A stretch of 63,968 nt of DNA, filler included, from Lenisia limosa (Eukaryota > Protista > Breviatea), in the NCBI GenBank assembly GCA_001655205.1. It is 14 parts of 14 records of this genome, joined end to end, with 100 filler letters (N's around TTAATTAATTAA, not from the genome) between each part and the next. Parts side by side here need not be neighbours in the genome. Positions count along the whole stretch, not along the records: positions 1 to 3,371 come from LPNZ01000175.1; positions 3,472 to 6,671 come from LPNZ01007242.1; positions 6,772 to 16,413 come from LPNZ01009427.1; 11 more parts are not named here. One strand, 5' to 3'. The position numbers and the translations under genes were made by a program. Numbering within the stretch: position 1 is the stretch's first letter; every line of letters starts with the position of its first letter. The notes under the pieces are model-generated. The model was not told the DNA's origin. It did no database searches and was given only the letters and a program-made list of their open reading frames with translations. Positions 1 through 12,900 of this stretch are shown here, piece by piece.

Positions 1-85
1 CCAGCATACCTAATATTATAACACCCCAGCATACCTAATATTATAACACCCCAGCATACCAAATATTATAACACCCCAGCATACC
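1..85 (+). repeat. 25-bp tandem repeat (~3.4 copies) containing an acceptor-like TAACACCCCAG
   Basis: Unit CAGCATACCTAATATTATAACACCC at 2, 27 and 52, partial at 77. Confidence 0.9.
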
Positions 86-209
86 ATGGTATAGAGAGGG
101 AGTAGGGGGGGAGGAACCATTGTACATTTCTTCTTGGGCACTCAAGCAGATCTAACTCGGCTCTTCTAATGTCTTAGTCCCTTCTGACTTGATATGTAAC
201 CTTCCCCAG

Positions 210-1245
210 GCACCTAAAGGGTGGCATTACCCATGGCCGACCAGAGGAAGATAGTCAAGGGCTTGTCGCAGGATTCAGGGGTATCTACGCATTTCAAGTG
301 TGGTTTACTGACCTTGAACAGTAGGCCTGATAACAAGCATAGCTTTGCAATGTCATCATTTCATCCTAATCTCTTGATGTAACAATAATCATTTCTACTA
401 ATTTTACCATCCACACTTTTTAGGATCATGGTTGGAGGAGTCTTGAAGTTCATCATCTTGGTAGACAATGTTGTTATTGACCGTTATGAAATGAACGATT
501 CCAATGGAGGGCGAAACACTGGTTGAGGGGGGGGGGATACTATTACAGCCATTACAGGTTCTTACTTCACTAATCATCCAGCTCAAGTCAAATTCCTGAG
601 CCTGAAGCCATCACAAAAAGTGACCATCCAGGTGAGTTTCAATGTTGTATTGTGGAGGGTAAAATGATGGGGTGGTTAGGTCCCAAAATTGTCCTGCTTA
701 CTCCCAGCAAAGATATTTAAAGAAAACGAGGTAATTCAATGTTAGATTGCACTAAAGCAGGGTGCCAACCCAGAAACTGGCTCGGATAAACCACAATTAT
801 AGCAAAAACCGAGCATAACCTGCGTGATTTTTATTTACTGTGATAAAAGCGGTTGTTTTGGAAGCAAGAAGACAAATGTTGAGATTCTAAAATCTTCTTT
901 AAATTCGAGTAAAAAGTAGTTAAAAGATGACGTCACCGAAACTTTTTGTTGGGATATCCGTGATAACTTTCCGGTTGGCACCCTGCTTTAAATAGTCTTC
1001 ACTAAATTATAGATAAATACGTAACTTGTTGGTACTTAGAAGCATACCTAACCGCTCCATCAGTTTACCCCCCCTCCCCCGCCAAGGTTTAATCAAAGTT
1101 ATTAACCAAAATATCACATTGGCCTTTCGCTTGTGAATATTCTCACTCTGTCCAGTTCAGCGACTCGGCAGTGTCAGCGGAGCGCAATACAATCTACGAA
1201 ACCAGCCTTGTTCTCGTTGCTCCAATTCCTACTTGGAATGTCTAG
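210..1245 (+). CDS. Multi-exon hypothetical protein, weakly C1q/TNF-like
   Basis: Exons ~210-302, 424-521, 558-631 and 1156-1245 with GT-AG borders; reads ...GIYAFQVWIMVGGVLKFIILVDNVVIDRYEMNDSNGGRNTGSYFTNHPAQVKFLSLKPSQKVTIQ... Confidence 0.5.
758..985. mobile_element. hAT-like MITE
   Basis: Perfect 13-bp TIR CAGGGTGCCAACC/GGTTGGCACCCTG; flanking 8-mers CACTAAAG and CTTTAAAT resemble a decayed 8-bp TSD. Confidence 0.65.
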
Positions 1246-1744
1246 TCCCCCAACTATTTTATGTTGCCATTACTATGTACTCTATAATACTATCTATGAA
1301 ACGCTTGCAGAAGAAAGTACTGACTTCATCGTGGTACATGTACATGGTTTCATGATGGTGGTCCGTGTTGGGCGCTTCTTGGGCGCCTCCCGATTACCAA
1401 CCTGTGAAGTACCAAATTATTATTACCCCTCGCTAACTCGCCACCTCACCACCATGCAACCACCTTGTCAACGCCAGGCCAGGGCAGGCCAACGTTATAC
1501 GAAAAACACAATCAACCTGTTAACAGCCAATAAACCACGGCATATTAGGTGTTTGTGAACGCCGACCCGTTTTTTTCAACAAGTGCCCTCCGCCGCCGCA
1601 CTTCAGTTTTTGACGTGTTTTTCAATTACAATCAACAACCTTTTGACCTTTTAACTTGCTATAGTTTAGTTTAAATTGTATTTTAAATAACTTCATACGG
1701 TAAACTGAGTGGTATCGGGGTTAGTGTATCTTTGTTGTTATGCC

Positions 1745-3260
1745 ATGTTGCGCTTCCTCTCTCCACTCGCATACAATGCACCAAAATTGGTAGGAAAGAC
1801 GATTTCAAGAGCCCTCTCGACGCCTTCGTCATATGTGGTATGAGATGGTGACAGTTCCGACTAAGCACTCTTGCTTGGTTTCAGAACTCACCTTGCGCGG
1901 CTATTTTACTGTTGTATTTTCTCACCAAATCAGCCCCTGGCAGCCTCATCACAGGCGGCCATCAATGTAATTCAGCAACTCAGTAACGGTGAAACCCAAG
2001 GCAACCCTGAGCTTTTGGGGCGCAGAGATCTGAGGGACGACGTCATCTCGTCGTATAACGCCAGACAAGTGCGGGGGTGGTATCTTGAGGGTTGCTATAG
2101 CGTGTGTTTTGTCAATATTCAAGGATGCTATAGCTTGTGTTTGTCAATATTCAAGGATAACTGTTTCTCTGACTAAATTAATTGTGACATTTCTAGGTTA
2201 TTTCCCCAAGTATTGCTGAGATTATTGAATTCTATGACACAACCTCCTTGAATGAAAGGAGGTTCAAGAGGTGGGTGAATTAGATATCCGAAATAGGTAA
2301 ATCTGTTTTGTATGCATGTGTCCATCATGGCCCTCACAACTTTAGTGCAACAATGGCCAAAGATCAAATCAGTGTTCGGTTAGCCCACCGACTTTCAGAG
2401 ATCGAAGCCCTCCCCCAGGAACTCATTATGTTAGCATAGCATTTCTTATGGATTCATTCAGGGTTCAATAATTTGGAGGAAGATGCTTGTTAACACTTTA
2501 GAAACCCTGAGATTCTCTCGGTCCACCAGATCTACTGGCTGTGTTTCCACCTTCTCGCTGGCCACCCTGACGTTACGAATGATGAGGGAGAACGAGATGT
2601 GAGAGGTCATTGTCATTTTCATGATTGCAACGTATTGTCTTCTTTGCCTTCTATCACCCTCCTATCCAGTTTGCCTCTCTTTGCAACAGTCTTCATGGTG
2701 CAACAAATGGCTATCTGGGGAGAGTCCTGAAAGGTTGGTTTGAGGTGCACTGTTTCCTAATCTGCAGGATTCAAGCAGAGTGAGAAGAAATTGGCATCAT
2801 CGTTCAAGTCAAACTTCTTGGACAGTCTCCTGGGCAGTCGTATTCAACGGCGCTTTGCCGCCCGACAGCACCTTTGCATCCGTGAAGAAAAAGAGTAGGC
2901 TCGTGCTCTTAGTCCAAACAGTTCTCTACTTTTTCCATTTCATGAGAGTTTTACAACACAGACCCTCGTGCAACATGGTTGGTCTAATCGATCGGGATTG
3001 TTTGCTGACGGACCTTCTGCAGAGGTTTGCAGACTATTTCGTTAGTTCAAAACCGAACGTCCATTTGATCCCCCCCCCCCAGGTCAGTGCGACGAGCGTC
3101 AACTCTCTGCTATGAACAGTACAAACTTGTTCCTGATGTCAAAGTACGTTCAGAAACATTAACACTCATTTTTCGAAAACTTCCGATGAAGTCACCTAAG
3201 TAACCCCTCAGATATCTGGACTGAAAGCTCTCCGACTCCCCACAATCCCTGGCCAAATCA
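1745..3260 (+). CDS. PDK: Mitochondrial pyruvate/branched-chain ketoacid dehydrogenase kinase (3' truncated)
   Basis: Spliced product starts with presequence-like MLRFLSPLAYNAPKLVGKTISRALS, then ...KDQISVRLAHRLSEIEALPQELIINPEILSVHQIYWLCF...FLDSLLGSRIQRRFAARQHL...VGLIDRDC...LCYEQYKLVPDVK, colinear with the PDK/BCKDK N-terminal domain. Confidence 0.85.
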
Positions 3261-3371
3261 GTAAGTGGATGACACGTGGTGCATGATAGCGTACTACTAC
3301 TGAAAGTGGATTTCAGTCATTGTGAGCAAAATGGTGTGTGCGCTCCCCCCCCCCCTCACATTCCATTTTTC

Positions 3372-3471
3372 NNNNNNNNNNNNNNNNNNNNNNNNNNNNN
3401 NNNNNNNNNNNNNNNTTAATTAATTAANNNNNNNNNNNNNNNNNNNNNNNNNNNNNNNNNNNNNNNNNNNN
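3372..3471. other. Artificial scaffold spacer (44 N + TTAATTAATTAA + 44 N)
   Basis: Six-frame stop linker; identical spacers centred near 6716, 16458, 22040, 36477, 38839, 42816, 44737, 46180, 47992, 49566, 60325 and 62461. Confidence 0.97.
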
Positions 3472-3484
3472 CCCCCCCCCATAC

Positions 3485-6400
3485 CCATAAAGTCAGACAG
3501 ACCAGTTCTGTCCTTGATAACGTTCCCAAAGATCTCGACATTCAGTCCGAATCCGCTGAAGGTCATATTGGTACCAAAGGTAAGGGACAGTCTCGTGTCG
3601 CTGAACCACGAGCAAACTGGGCTTTCACCAAGACTGCCGAGAGTAGAGGGCTGGATTGGACGTTAGCGTAGTTTCAATGGTGTTGTATAAAACCCCCAAT
3701 TCTATATATCTCCAATTTCATTAAAATGATAAATAGCAATGGGAAATAAAAAATAAGGATCTGTTTGGCTGAAGCCGTCCACACCATCACGTTTATAAGA
3801 GATATTGGATTATAGTATAATATTAATTCACCCAATCNNNNNNNNNNNNNNNNNNNNNNNNNNNNNNNNNNNNNNNNNNNNNNNNNNNNNNNNNNNNNNN
3901 NNNNNNNNNNNNNNNNNNNNNNNNNNNNNNNNNNNNNNNNNNNNAAATCACATTACTAAAAGTATTAGACCCCCCACCCCCAACCATAATCAAAGCGGTA
4001 CAATTGTCCGATTCGGGCATGTTAGTAGGGCTGTCGAAGGAAACGAAGATGCCGCGGAAGTTGTCCTTCAGAACGGCCGAGAGCGGCATCGGGGCCATAG
4101 GAACAGGCACAGTAAGAACTTGGCTGCCGACTACTTCGCCTGGTGATGAATAAGCAGATTGTTTTTTTTGTTTTAAGATAAGCATGTGTAAACTATCATA
4201 TAAGTTCGGCTGATGGTGAGTGGAGGGGGGCTATCAGATTGTTTTTTTTTGAACTTGTGGATAAGTATATGCTCGGCTGCTGGTGAGTCCCCATGCCAAT
4301 GTGTTAATTTCCAAAAAAATACACAAGTATTCCACCAACCCCCCATACCAATACCATCCGTCGCCGTCTTGTTGTATTTGTAGATGTATGCATTGTATGT
4401 GCCCGGTGCGGGGACATTGAAAGATGCTGTCGCTGCGCCATTGACAATACTGGTCACCCAGCCACACTGGGGGGAATAAGAGTAAAATTAGAAAATTTAT
4501 GAAACAAAAACAAAAGCCCAAAATACACTCTGTTGGCTGACAACATACGCCATTCACTCTCCTCTCCATCCCCTCCCCCAACATTTTCCTCATATTGTTT
4601 GCAGGAGCCATCCAGATCCAGAACCAGCTGGAACGTCCTAACAGTGTTCTCAATGAACACTACTGTGGTTTGGCCATCGTGTGTGATGGGGTTGTCATAC
4701 GTATCGTAAGCCTGGGTGGGGGGAGGGAGTAAAATTGAAAAATATGAATAAAAATAAAAAGAAGCCGAAATTTTACATATGAAAAATAGCATGTATCATT
4801 CCTATCCAATTCGATCCGATTCCGGATCGGTTCGCGGTGATACACTAATCATGACACCCAAATCGACAGAAAGAAACTCACTGAGATAGTGAAGGACACG
4901 TTGAGGGAGTCATAGACCTTGCCTTCTATCACCGCTGTGGCGACCTCCTAAAATCCGGTCAAAAGGACAGGCTTGAAATACACTACGCGCATCGACTATG
5001 GATTCCTGTGAAAACGTTGGAATTCCCATATCAGGGCTTCACTTCAGTTCAAAAAAGACCGGTAAATTATCGACAGCTCTCAGAAACGCCCCCACTCACT
5101 GGTAAGGCTAGAACCTCAAGCGAGACGGCTGTGAGGGGCATTCCGTTGACAGCAAAATTTACAGAGTAAGCTAGGGGGAGCGGTGGAGTAAATATATAAC
5201 ATGATACAAAACAAACAAACAAAAACTGGCCGGGAAGAGGAAGTTGATGGAAAATAATATCACTCTGCCGCAAAACAACTGCGAAACGCATGGGGGTAAA
5301 AAANNNNNNNNNNNNNNNNNNNNNNNNNNNNNNNNNNNNNNNNNNNNNNNNNNNNNNNNNNNNNNNNNNNNNNNNNNNNNTCCTAAGGTGTGGTTAATGA
5401 TTGGAGAGGGGAACAATAATAAATATGGTCAGTTAGTAGCATATAAACATGTTAAGCTAAAACAACTAAACAAATGCTCTATGTATACAAATATTTTTGT
5501 CTAGATCTCCCATTTATTTCTTTTGATACAACAAATGCCCCTCAAACTTCCGGCAGAATGGGCGGTAAGAGACGTGTTATAAGTTCCGTCATTGTTGTCC
5601 AAAATGCCAGTATCCAGGAGGGATGCACCGGGAGTTGTGATGACGTCCCCGCCCGCGCCGCGTTGTGTCGTGTAGTTGTTACGGGCGACTATCTGCGATC
5701 GTAAAAAATAAACAAGGGGGTGGGAGGGATTGAAAATTTATCGCAAAACAAAGCCCCAAAATCTACTCTTTTGGCTAGTAACACACGAAGGTTGATAAAA
5801 ACAAAACAAAACAAAGCCNNNNNNNNNNNNNNNNNNNNNNNNNNNNNNNNNNNNNNNNNNNNNNNNNNNNNNNNNNNNNNNNNNNNNNNNNNNNNNNNNN
5901 NNNNNNNNNNNNNTGGTATGAGTGGAATACTGTTGGTGTTTTGTCACAACAAAGATCCCCCCAAACGGTATAGTCCAAATAGTCTCCGGCGTAAATGGTG
6001 GCAGCCAGAGGGGAAGCGGATGATGAAGCTGTTGGTTAGAAAACGATAAGGTGATGTATATTGGGTTTACTGGTGGTGAATAAAAGAAGGGGAGTGTCGT
6101 CACATGAGATACGTATTATATACTACACAAAAATTCTTCAACCATGTGATACACTTAAATATTTTACCAAATACTGTCATCCAACATTCTAACATTAAAG
6201 CTGACTATGATCCCAATTTTAGAGTCCAACGAGATACCCATCGTATTTTTGACATTGAAACCTCTTTTATACAACAAAGAGACCCAATACAATCATCTTG
6301 CTTTCAGATATATGACTATCATGCATATATCATATTCATATCATATGATCTCTAGCTAATATATAGTAAATGATGACCATCAAAAACCAAATATTCCCAG

Positions 6401-6525
6401 CATACCCGCATCAGTAATACAAGCAGATTTACTGTTGTCATCCCTGGCGTCTAATGGACAGAAATCGCACCACATCGAAACGCCATCATTATCAATATCA
6501 TCATCAGGGTCAATACCCGTGGCAC
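3485..6525 (-). CDS. Large surface/secreted protein fragment with TSP3-like, filamin/Ig-like and REJ-like segments
   Basis: Exons give DPDDDIDNDGVSMWCDFCPLD, ILDNNDGTYNTSL, AYDTYDNPITHDG, GIFVSFDSPTNMP and LGESPVCSWFSDTRLSLTFGTN; phase-compatible junction YEEN|CGWVTS. Confidence 0.65.
4467..4550 (-). repeat. Family A copy ending at the acceptor AG
   Basis: Minus strand GTTGTCAGCCAACAGAG...GGGCTTTT...GTTTCATAAATTTTCTAATTTTAC...CCCCCCAG then exon. Confidence 0.85.
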
Positions 6526-6922
6526 CTGGGGGGAGGGGGGAGTGAAACTGGAAAATTTTTGAAACAAAAAGCCCAAATCAACTCATTTATAAAACAAAAC
6601 AAGGGGATTATATCAGCTAACAGCTATGGCATTCATCGGTCCAAAGTAAATCACACGCATCATCTGTGTACNNNNNNNNNNNNNNNNNNNNNNNNNNNNN
6701 NNNNNNNNNNNNNNNTTAATTAATTAANNNNNNNNNNNNNNNNNNNNNNNNNNNNNNNNNNNNNNNNNNNNGGGGGGGGGTCAGCTATTTCTTAATATAT
6801 CCAAATGAAGAAATATGGCTAGATAAAACCTTGTTTTGTTATCCATTTCAACCTACATATGATATGTTTATGTTATATTTATGTTTATGATATGATATAT
6901 TACGATATGTTATTCCCTAGGA

Positions 6923-9900
6923 ATGGTTTGGAGATTTCTCAGCCAAACGTGTTGTGAAGGCGAAGGCGGCTTCAGCCATCGCAGTCATGACTGTGGGGGG
7001 GGGGGGGNNNNNNNNNNNNNNNNNNNNNNNNNNNNNNNNNNNNNNNNNNNNNNNNNNNNNNNNNNNNNNNNNNNNNNNNNNNNNNNNNNNNNNNNNNNNN
7101 NNNNNNNNNNNNNNNNNNNNNNNNNNNNNNNNNNNNNNNNNNNNNNNNNNNNNNNNNNNNNNNNNNNNNNNNNNNNNNNNNNNNNNNNNNNNNNNNNNNN
7201 NNNNNNNNNNNNNNNNNNNNNNNNNNNNNNNNNNNNNNNNNNNNNNNNNNNNNNNNNNNNNNNNNNNACGAACATATTGTAGCCAAATGAAGGGTGGCTT
7301 CTTTCCCTGCCCTGATTTACCTTCTCCTTAGACCCAAAAACAGCATGACGCTGCGCTCCTGGAAGTATGGAACACGAGAAGGCAGTTCATGGCCCTGCGC
7401 ACCCTGGTAACAGTCAGACGGACCCGGGCGTTGGAGGCCAAAAACGTGGCTTTGGTTCGTGGCTCTTTTGTTTCACAAATATCCAATTATAGTCTTAAGT
7501 TAAATGATTGAGTGAATAAATGTTGTTGTTCACTAATCCAATATCAATATCTCTTATAAGCGTGATGGTTTGGCCGGCTTCAGCCAGATACAACTTTGTT
7601 TTATTTCCTGGCATGTGGCTTGAATTATTTGATGCTGTTTTCAAATTCTTTTAAGCGTGATAGTGTGTAGCTTCATCTTTGATTTGGGGTTTTCTTCTTC
7701 TTGACTTTTCCATCACCCCCCCCCCCCNNNNNNNNNNNNNNNNNNNNNNNNNNNNNNNNNNNNNNNNNNNNNNNNNNNNNNNNNNNNNACTCGACATATG
7801 GAGAGGCAGCACTAAACGCAAGGTGGGATAACAGTAAAAGATAACACTTTGGGGGGTGGGGGAGTGGGCTTTGTCCTGATACTATCTTGTTTTATTTCTC
7901 AACATATCATATAGCTTACCCCCTTTCCCCACAACACACACGTGGTGTTGGCATGTTCTTCAGCCACCTCGTAGTTCATCTTTGCCTGGCGACATTCTGG
8001 GGGTTAAGATCGCTTTAAAAATCTCATATAAATGCATCCTGTTGTTCGTTTGTGGCCCCATGTATTATTTCATATCCCAAGATTCTATTTCCCAAATGCC
8101 AGCCAACAGAGTTGTTATCGGGCTTTTTGTTTCATAATTTTTCCTTTATTTACCCCACCCCAGTCCTGGCAGAACAGCATAGTAAAACGCCACCGTTTGA
8201 TGGTCAATTCCTCCACTCTCAGAGCTCACTTCGAGGCTTGGAGGGAACATGCTGAGAAAATGAGGGTTAGTAGAAAAGTTTTTCCTGCCAGTCCCCTCTT
8301 ATAAATCACGATTTACTCCTCACCCCTCCCCCCGCAGCACCTGCGACAAAGTGAAGAAACCTTCCGGTTACAGCAGCTGCAAAAACTGCTTGATGAGGTG
8401 AATCGGGTTTCACAGGCCCCTATGCAGTGCTTTAGGAACTTGAAGCTATGTTGGAGATTTATCTTATCAAGGGCTTATCCTGGGCTTATCAATATCTACC
8501 ACGAATAATATTTTGATCATGATCACATTTGTTTGTCGGTCGGACACTTCCTTCACCCGTCATCTTTTTTCTCATTTATAGCCAGTGGTGCTCAAAGACC
8601 CCCTTCTCACCCCATCCCCTCCAGTGGAAGTGGTACTGCACGGCCCGNNNNNNNNNNNNNNNNNNNNNNNNNNNNNNNNNNNNNNNNNNNNNNNNNNNNN
8701 NNNNNNNNNNNNNNNNNNNNNNNNNNNNNNNNNNNNNNNNNNNNNNNNNNNNNNNNNNNNNNNNNNNNNNNNNNNNNNNNNGTGTTTATCATAGGGGGGG
8801 AGGTCAATTATTGCATGAGCTTTATCTATACCTAATTTAAAAAACATCCAATTTCAAAAATGAGCTTTCTTTTCAAAGGAACTTCTCCACTTTCACTCTA
8901 ACCGTCCCAGGCTTTATCCACGTGGAAATCAGAAACTCGTCGCATTGTCAGATACCGCAACCTCACTAACAGAGTTGAGGAGCGCTCAGCCAAGGACGTT
9001 TTGGTATGCTGGTTGCTGGTATTTGTTGGTAGCTTGATTTCAATACATCATCCGCATGGATTTGTCAAAAGTTTGGCTTACAGTTTTAGCCAGCAAGGTT
9101 GATATTGTGGAGTTCTATGTTTATCAATTTCGCAATTTACCCCCCCCCCNNNNNNNNNNNNNNNNNNNNNNNNNNNNNNNNNNNNNNNNNNNNNNNNNNN
9201 NNNNNNNNNNNNNNNNNNNNNNNNNNNNNNNNNNNNNNNNNNNNNNNNNNNNNNNNNNNNNNNNNNNNNNNNNNNNNNNNCAGCAGCGACTCACAGTCGA
9301 TACCATGATATCACGCCTCGAGGTGGAGAGCAAAACACACGCCTTTTCGGTGAGGAGGATTGTGATATGGGAGAGGGTTGTGATTAATTATGTTTTGTTT
9401 TTGAGGGATAGAATAGACGAGTATGAGTCCGATAATTGTTCATGTCATGCCTCCTCCCCTCAGATACTGTTCTATAACCCCCAGGTTGTGGTTTAATTTT
9501 GTTTTATATTTTGTTTTTGCACCCCTAGATTGCTATAATCTATACCCCCCCCCCCAGGTCCTCCGGCAATACGCCCTCCTGCAGCGCCGTAAAAAGGGCC
9601 TCCGCCAAGTAGCTGACACCGTGATACGCCGGCGCCGCCTCGGATTGGCTATGATGACGTGGACAGCACGGACGGAGTTGTGCGTGGCGGACCAGGACAA
9701 CAGCCGCGTTGCTCGTGAGGCGTTCCGACGGAAGACCTTCGCCAAGTTCCTCCGAGCCTGGAAGAATGCGGCTGTAGAGCACAAGTGGGGGGGGGGTGAA
9801 AATATACAAAAGGAATTGAACTGAACTGAACTGAACTGAACTGACTGGGGGGGTTTCTCTCTGTATTAAAAGACCATTTTCCGTTCTACTAACGCCTCAG

Positions 9901-12900
9901 ACGCGAAGCTTATGTTGAGCGCCTCTGCGACTCCTATATCAGGAAGAAAATTCTGGGGTGGGCGGTGGTCTTCTCTGCGTATTGTGTGTGTAGTAATGCA
10001 GAATCCCCCCCCCCCCNNNNNNNNNNNNNNNNNNNNNNNNNNNNNNNNNNNNNNNNNNNNNNNNNNNNNNNNNNNNNNNNNNNNNNNNNNNNNNNNNNNN
10101 NNNNNNNNCCTGTGATATATTACCGCCACATTCTATGCAACCACCTTATCCCCGACATTCCTAAATAAAAAGCATTGGATATAATAGTAATTCAAATTGG
10201 TGATATCTAGGGCATCCCTACGGTCCGAAAAAGACCGGTCAAATATCGATATTTGTCGAGGATTTATCGAGACATTCAGTCTTTTTTTGGGACCGTAGGG
10301 AAACCCAAGTTATAGGATACCCCCCCCCCNNNNNNNNNNNNNNNNNNNNNNNNNNNNNNNNNNNNNNNNNNNNNNNNNNNNNNNNNNNNNNNNNNNNNNN
10401 NNNNNNNNNNNNNNNNNNNNNNNNNNNNNNNNNNNNNNNNNNNNNNNNNNNNNNNNCCGAGGACCAAGTGCGTGGACAGGAAATCTCGGAGAAGGTGAGA
10501 GGGTAGTAGTATTTCAAATTTTATATTATATTCCACTTTCATTAACACTAACCTAGGTGAACTCGATCCTCAGTGCAAACCTCAAACGCGTTGTTCTGCA
10601 TGAGTGGCATCAAACAGCCGTGGTATGCCTGGAACTTATCCATCTTATGGTGTTTCATTGAAGATATAGTATATAGTGGAGTGACACCGCTGAAGGTGTC
10701 AATATTATGGTGTTTCTATGAGGATATGTAATGAGGTGACGCCTTGACATGTAATATAATATGCTGTTTCATTGAAGTGGAGTGACGCCCTCGGCCTTGT
10801 AATATAATATGATGTGATATATAATATTATACAAATAATATTTATTTTATGAAAATAGTATTGGTAAGCCCTTTGCCTTGTTGGATAGTATGTATCAATG
10901 GATGTGTGTATCCCCTTCTTTCCCATCGTTTCTCCATCCTGCTCTCTCTTACCCTCCAGACCGAGCGTCTCGGAAGACAGCACACCAAAACCTTAGGCCG
11001 CAAGCTGCAGAGAAAAGCCCTGACTGTTTGGTTCCGCGAGTTCAGATTGATGCGGCTGAGCCACGAACTGAGACGCCGAGTCAATAGTGGGGAGTTGGAT
11101 CATAATCAAGAACACCCATGTCACTAAGGCTTCTCTATGGTCTGAAAAAGACCGGTAAAACCTCGATGTTTATCGAGGATTTATGACTTTTTTTTGGAAC
11201 AGTAGGGGAAGCCCAACATGTCACACTCAAAATCCATGTTACCAACATCGTACACTCAAAATCCTGCAGACCGTGTACTTCGTGAAGCCTACGTCGAATG
11301 GTCAACAGAAGTCTCACATCGCCTCGAAAACAGAAACAAAGTGGGGACTTGGTCATGTAATATTACTCTCCTACCTTGTTGAACCCATTTTAAGCTGACT
11401 TAAGCTGAACCCTAAACCCTCCTCCTTGAATATTATTTTTTTGCTTTTGTCTCTATTGAAACAAGGATCTTAGAGATTCGACGGTGAACTGTAGACAAAG
11501 ACAACCCCACAGATAACGAAAAAAGTTAACCGCTTTGTAGCACGAGGCCCAACTTTCTCAATGCGTGAAACTCTGGAAAATGAGATCTGTTCGCCTGTGT
11601 TTAACTGTGAGGGACGGGAGGATGTTGATCTTTTAGCTCTTACTCCTGTTGTATTGTGGGGGCTCCTGTTACAGAATAGTATTCATGTGTACATGTACAT
11701 GGATGTGGTTTGCTCCCAGTTGTCTCTTATGATACTATATCAGAGACATTGAATTTTCGATTTTGATTGTACTCTCAAAGAATCGATTTGGTGCGAGTCT
11801 TTTTCGTGTATTTACTATGTTGTCTGACCCCCCACCCCAGGCGTTGAGAGAGAACGCAGTAGAGGAGAAAGCTGTGAGACGTGCAGCCAAATTTGTGCAC
11901 GACGGTCTTGTGTCACGCTGTCTGATGGTGGGGGGCAGTCTTGTGTCACGCTGTCTGATGGGCTGTTTTTATTCTCATTTTTATTTTTCTCTTGTTATAT
12001 CTATTGTGTTGGGACCCTTTTTTGAAACTGTCAAAGAAGCAACAATCTTCTTCTTGTCTAACCCTTCCGTAGTCCTGGAAAAAGCTAGCCCACGCCAAGG
12101 CTCGAACCCGCAGTATTGGTACCAAAATCGCCAGTATCCGCAACCAGCAGACCCAGGCCCAGGCTTTCGGTTCATGGCGCAGCGCACTAACGCACAAAAG
12201 GANNNNNNNNNNNNNNNNNNNNNNNNNNNNNNNNNNNNNNNNNNNNNNNNNNNNNNNNNNNNNNNNNNNNNNNNNNNNNNNNNNNNNNNNNNNNNNNNNN
12301 NNNNNNNNNNNNNNNNNNNNNNNNNNGCAATTTTACCACCCACTTTTTAGATATAGTAGTACTATATATAATAATATCCAACAATACATCATATTATGTG
12401 TAGTATATCTGGGGAGCAGCTAATGCGGTTTCATTTTTGCGGTATTTCTCGTTATATGTAAGTGTGTGTCGAGTTCTGGATATATGAGTTAATAACGAAG
12501 TCTATTGTCCAAAAACGAAATGTAACGCTCTAGCTTGTTGCATCGGTTGAGAAGACAGAAAAACACATGTGGATGAAGGCAGCGTTCCAACAACTCAGAG
12601 TAGCAGTTCTTGATAAGCACTACGCTGAGGTGGGGGGAGGTTGAATGTCATATTAAGTAGGTTGGAGGAGGGGTATTTCTTGCTACTGCATCATTATCAT
12701 TGATTGTCCCTTGCTGCAATGTTCGAAATACGCCCTTCAATGCACCGAATATATAAAACACTTGTTTTCATATAACCCTCGTATAAACGCCCTTTATAAT
12801 ATAGTTAACACATAGGGCCCTTCATGATTATATATAACATATAACCCCTGGTACAGAATGCAGAGAGTGTTGCCGATGCCAAGAGGCTCAGTGCCCTTCT

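Noticed and set aside
404-586. Minus-strand 60-aa ORF
   Set aside because: The plus strand gives phase-consistent GT-AG exons over the same interval
3416-3427. TTAATTAATTAA motif recurring 13 times
   Set aside because: Always centred in an exact 44 N + 12 + 44 N block, so it is an artificial six-frame stop linker
9818-9845. (GAACT)n tract, also near 59995-60023
   Set aside because: Ordinary microsatellite
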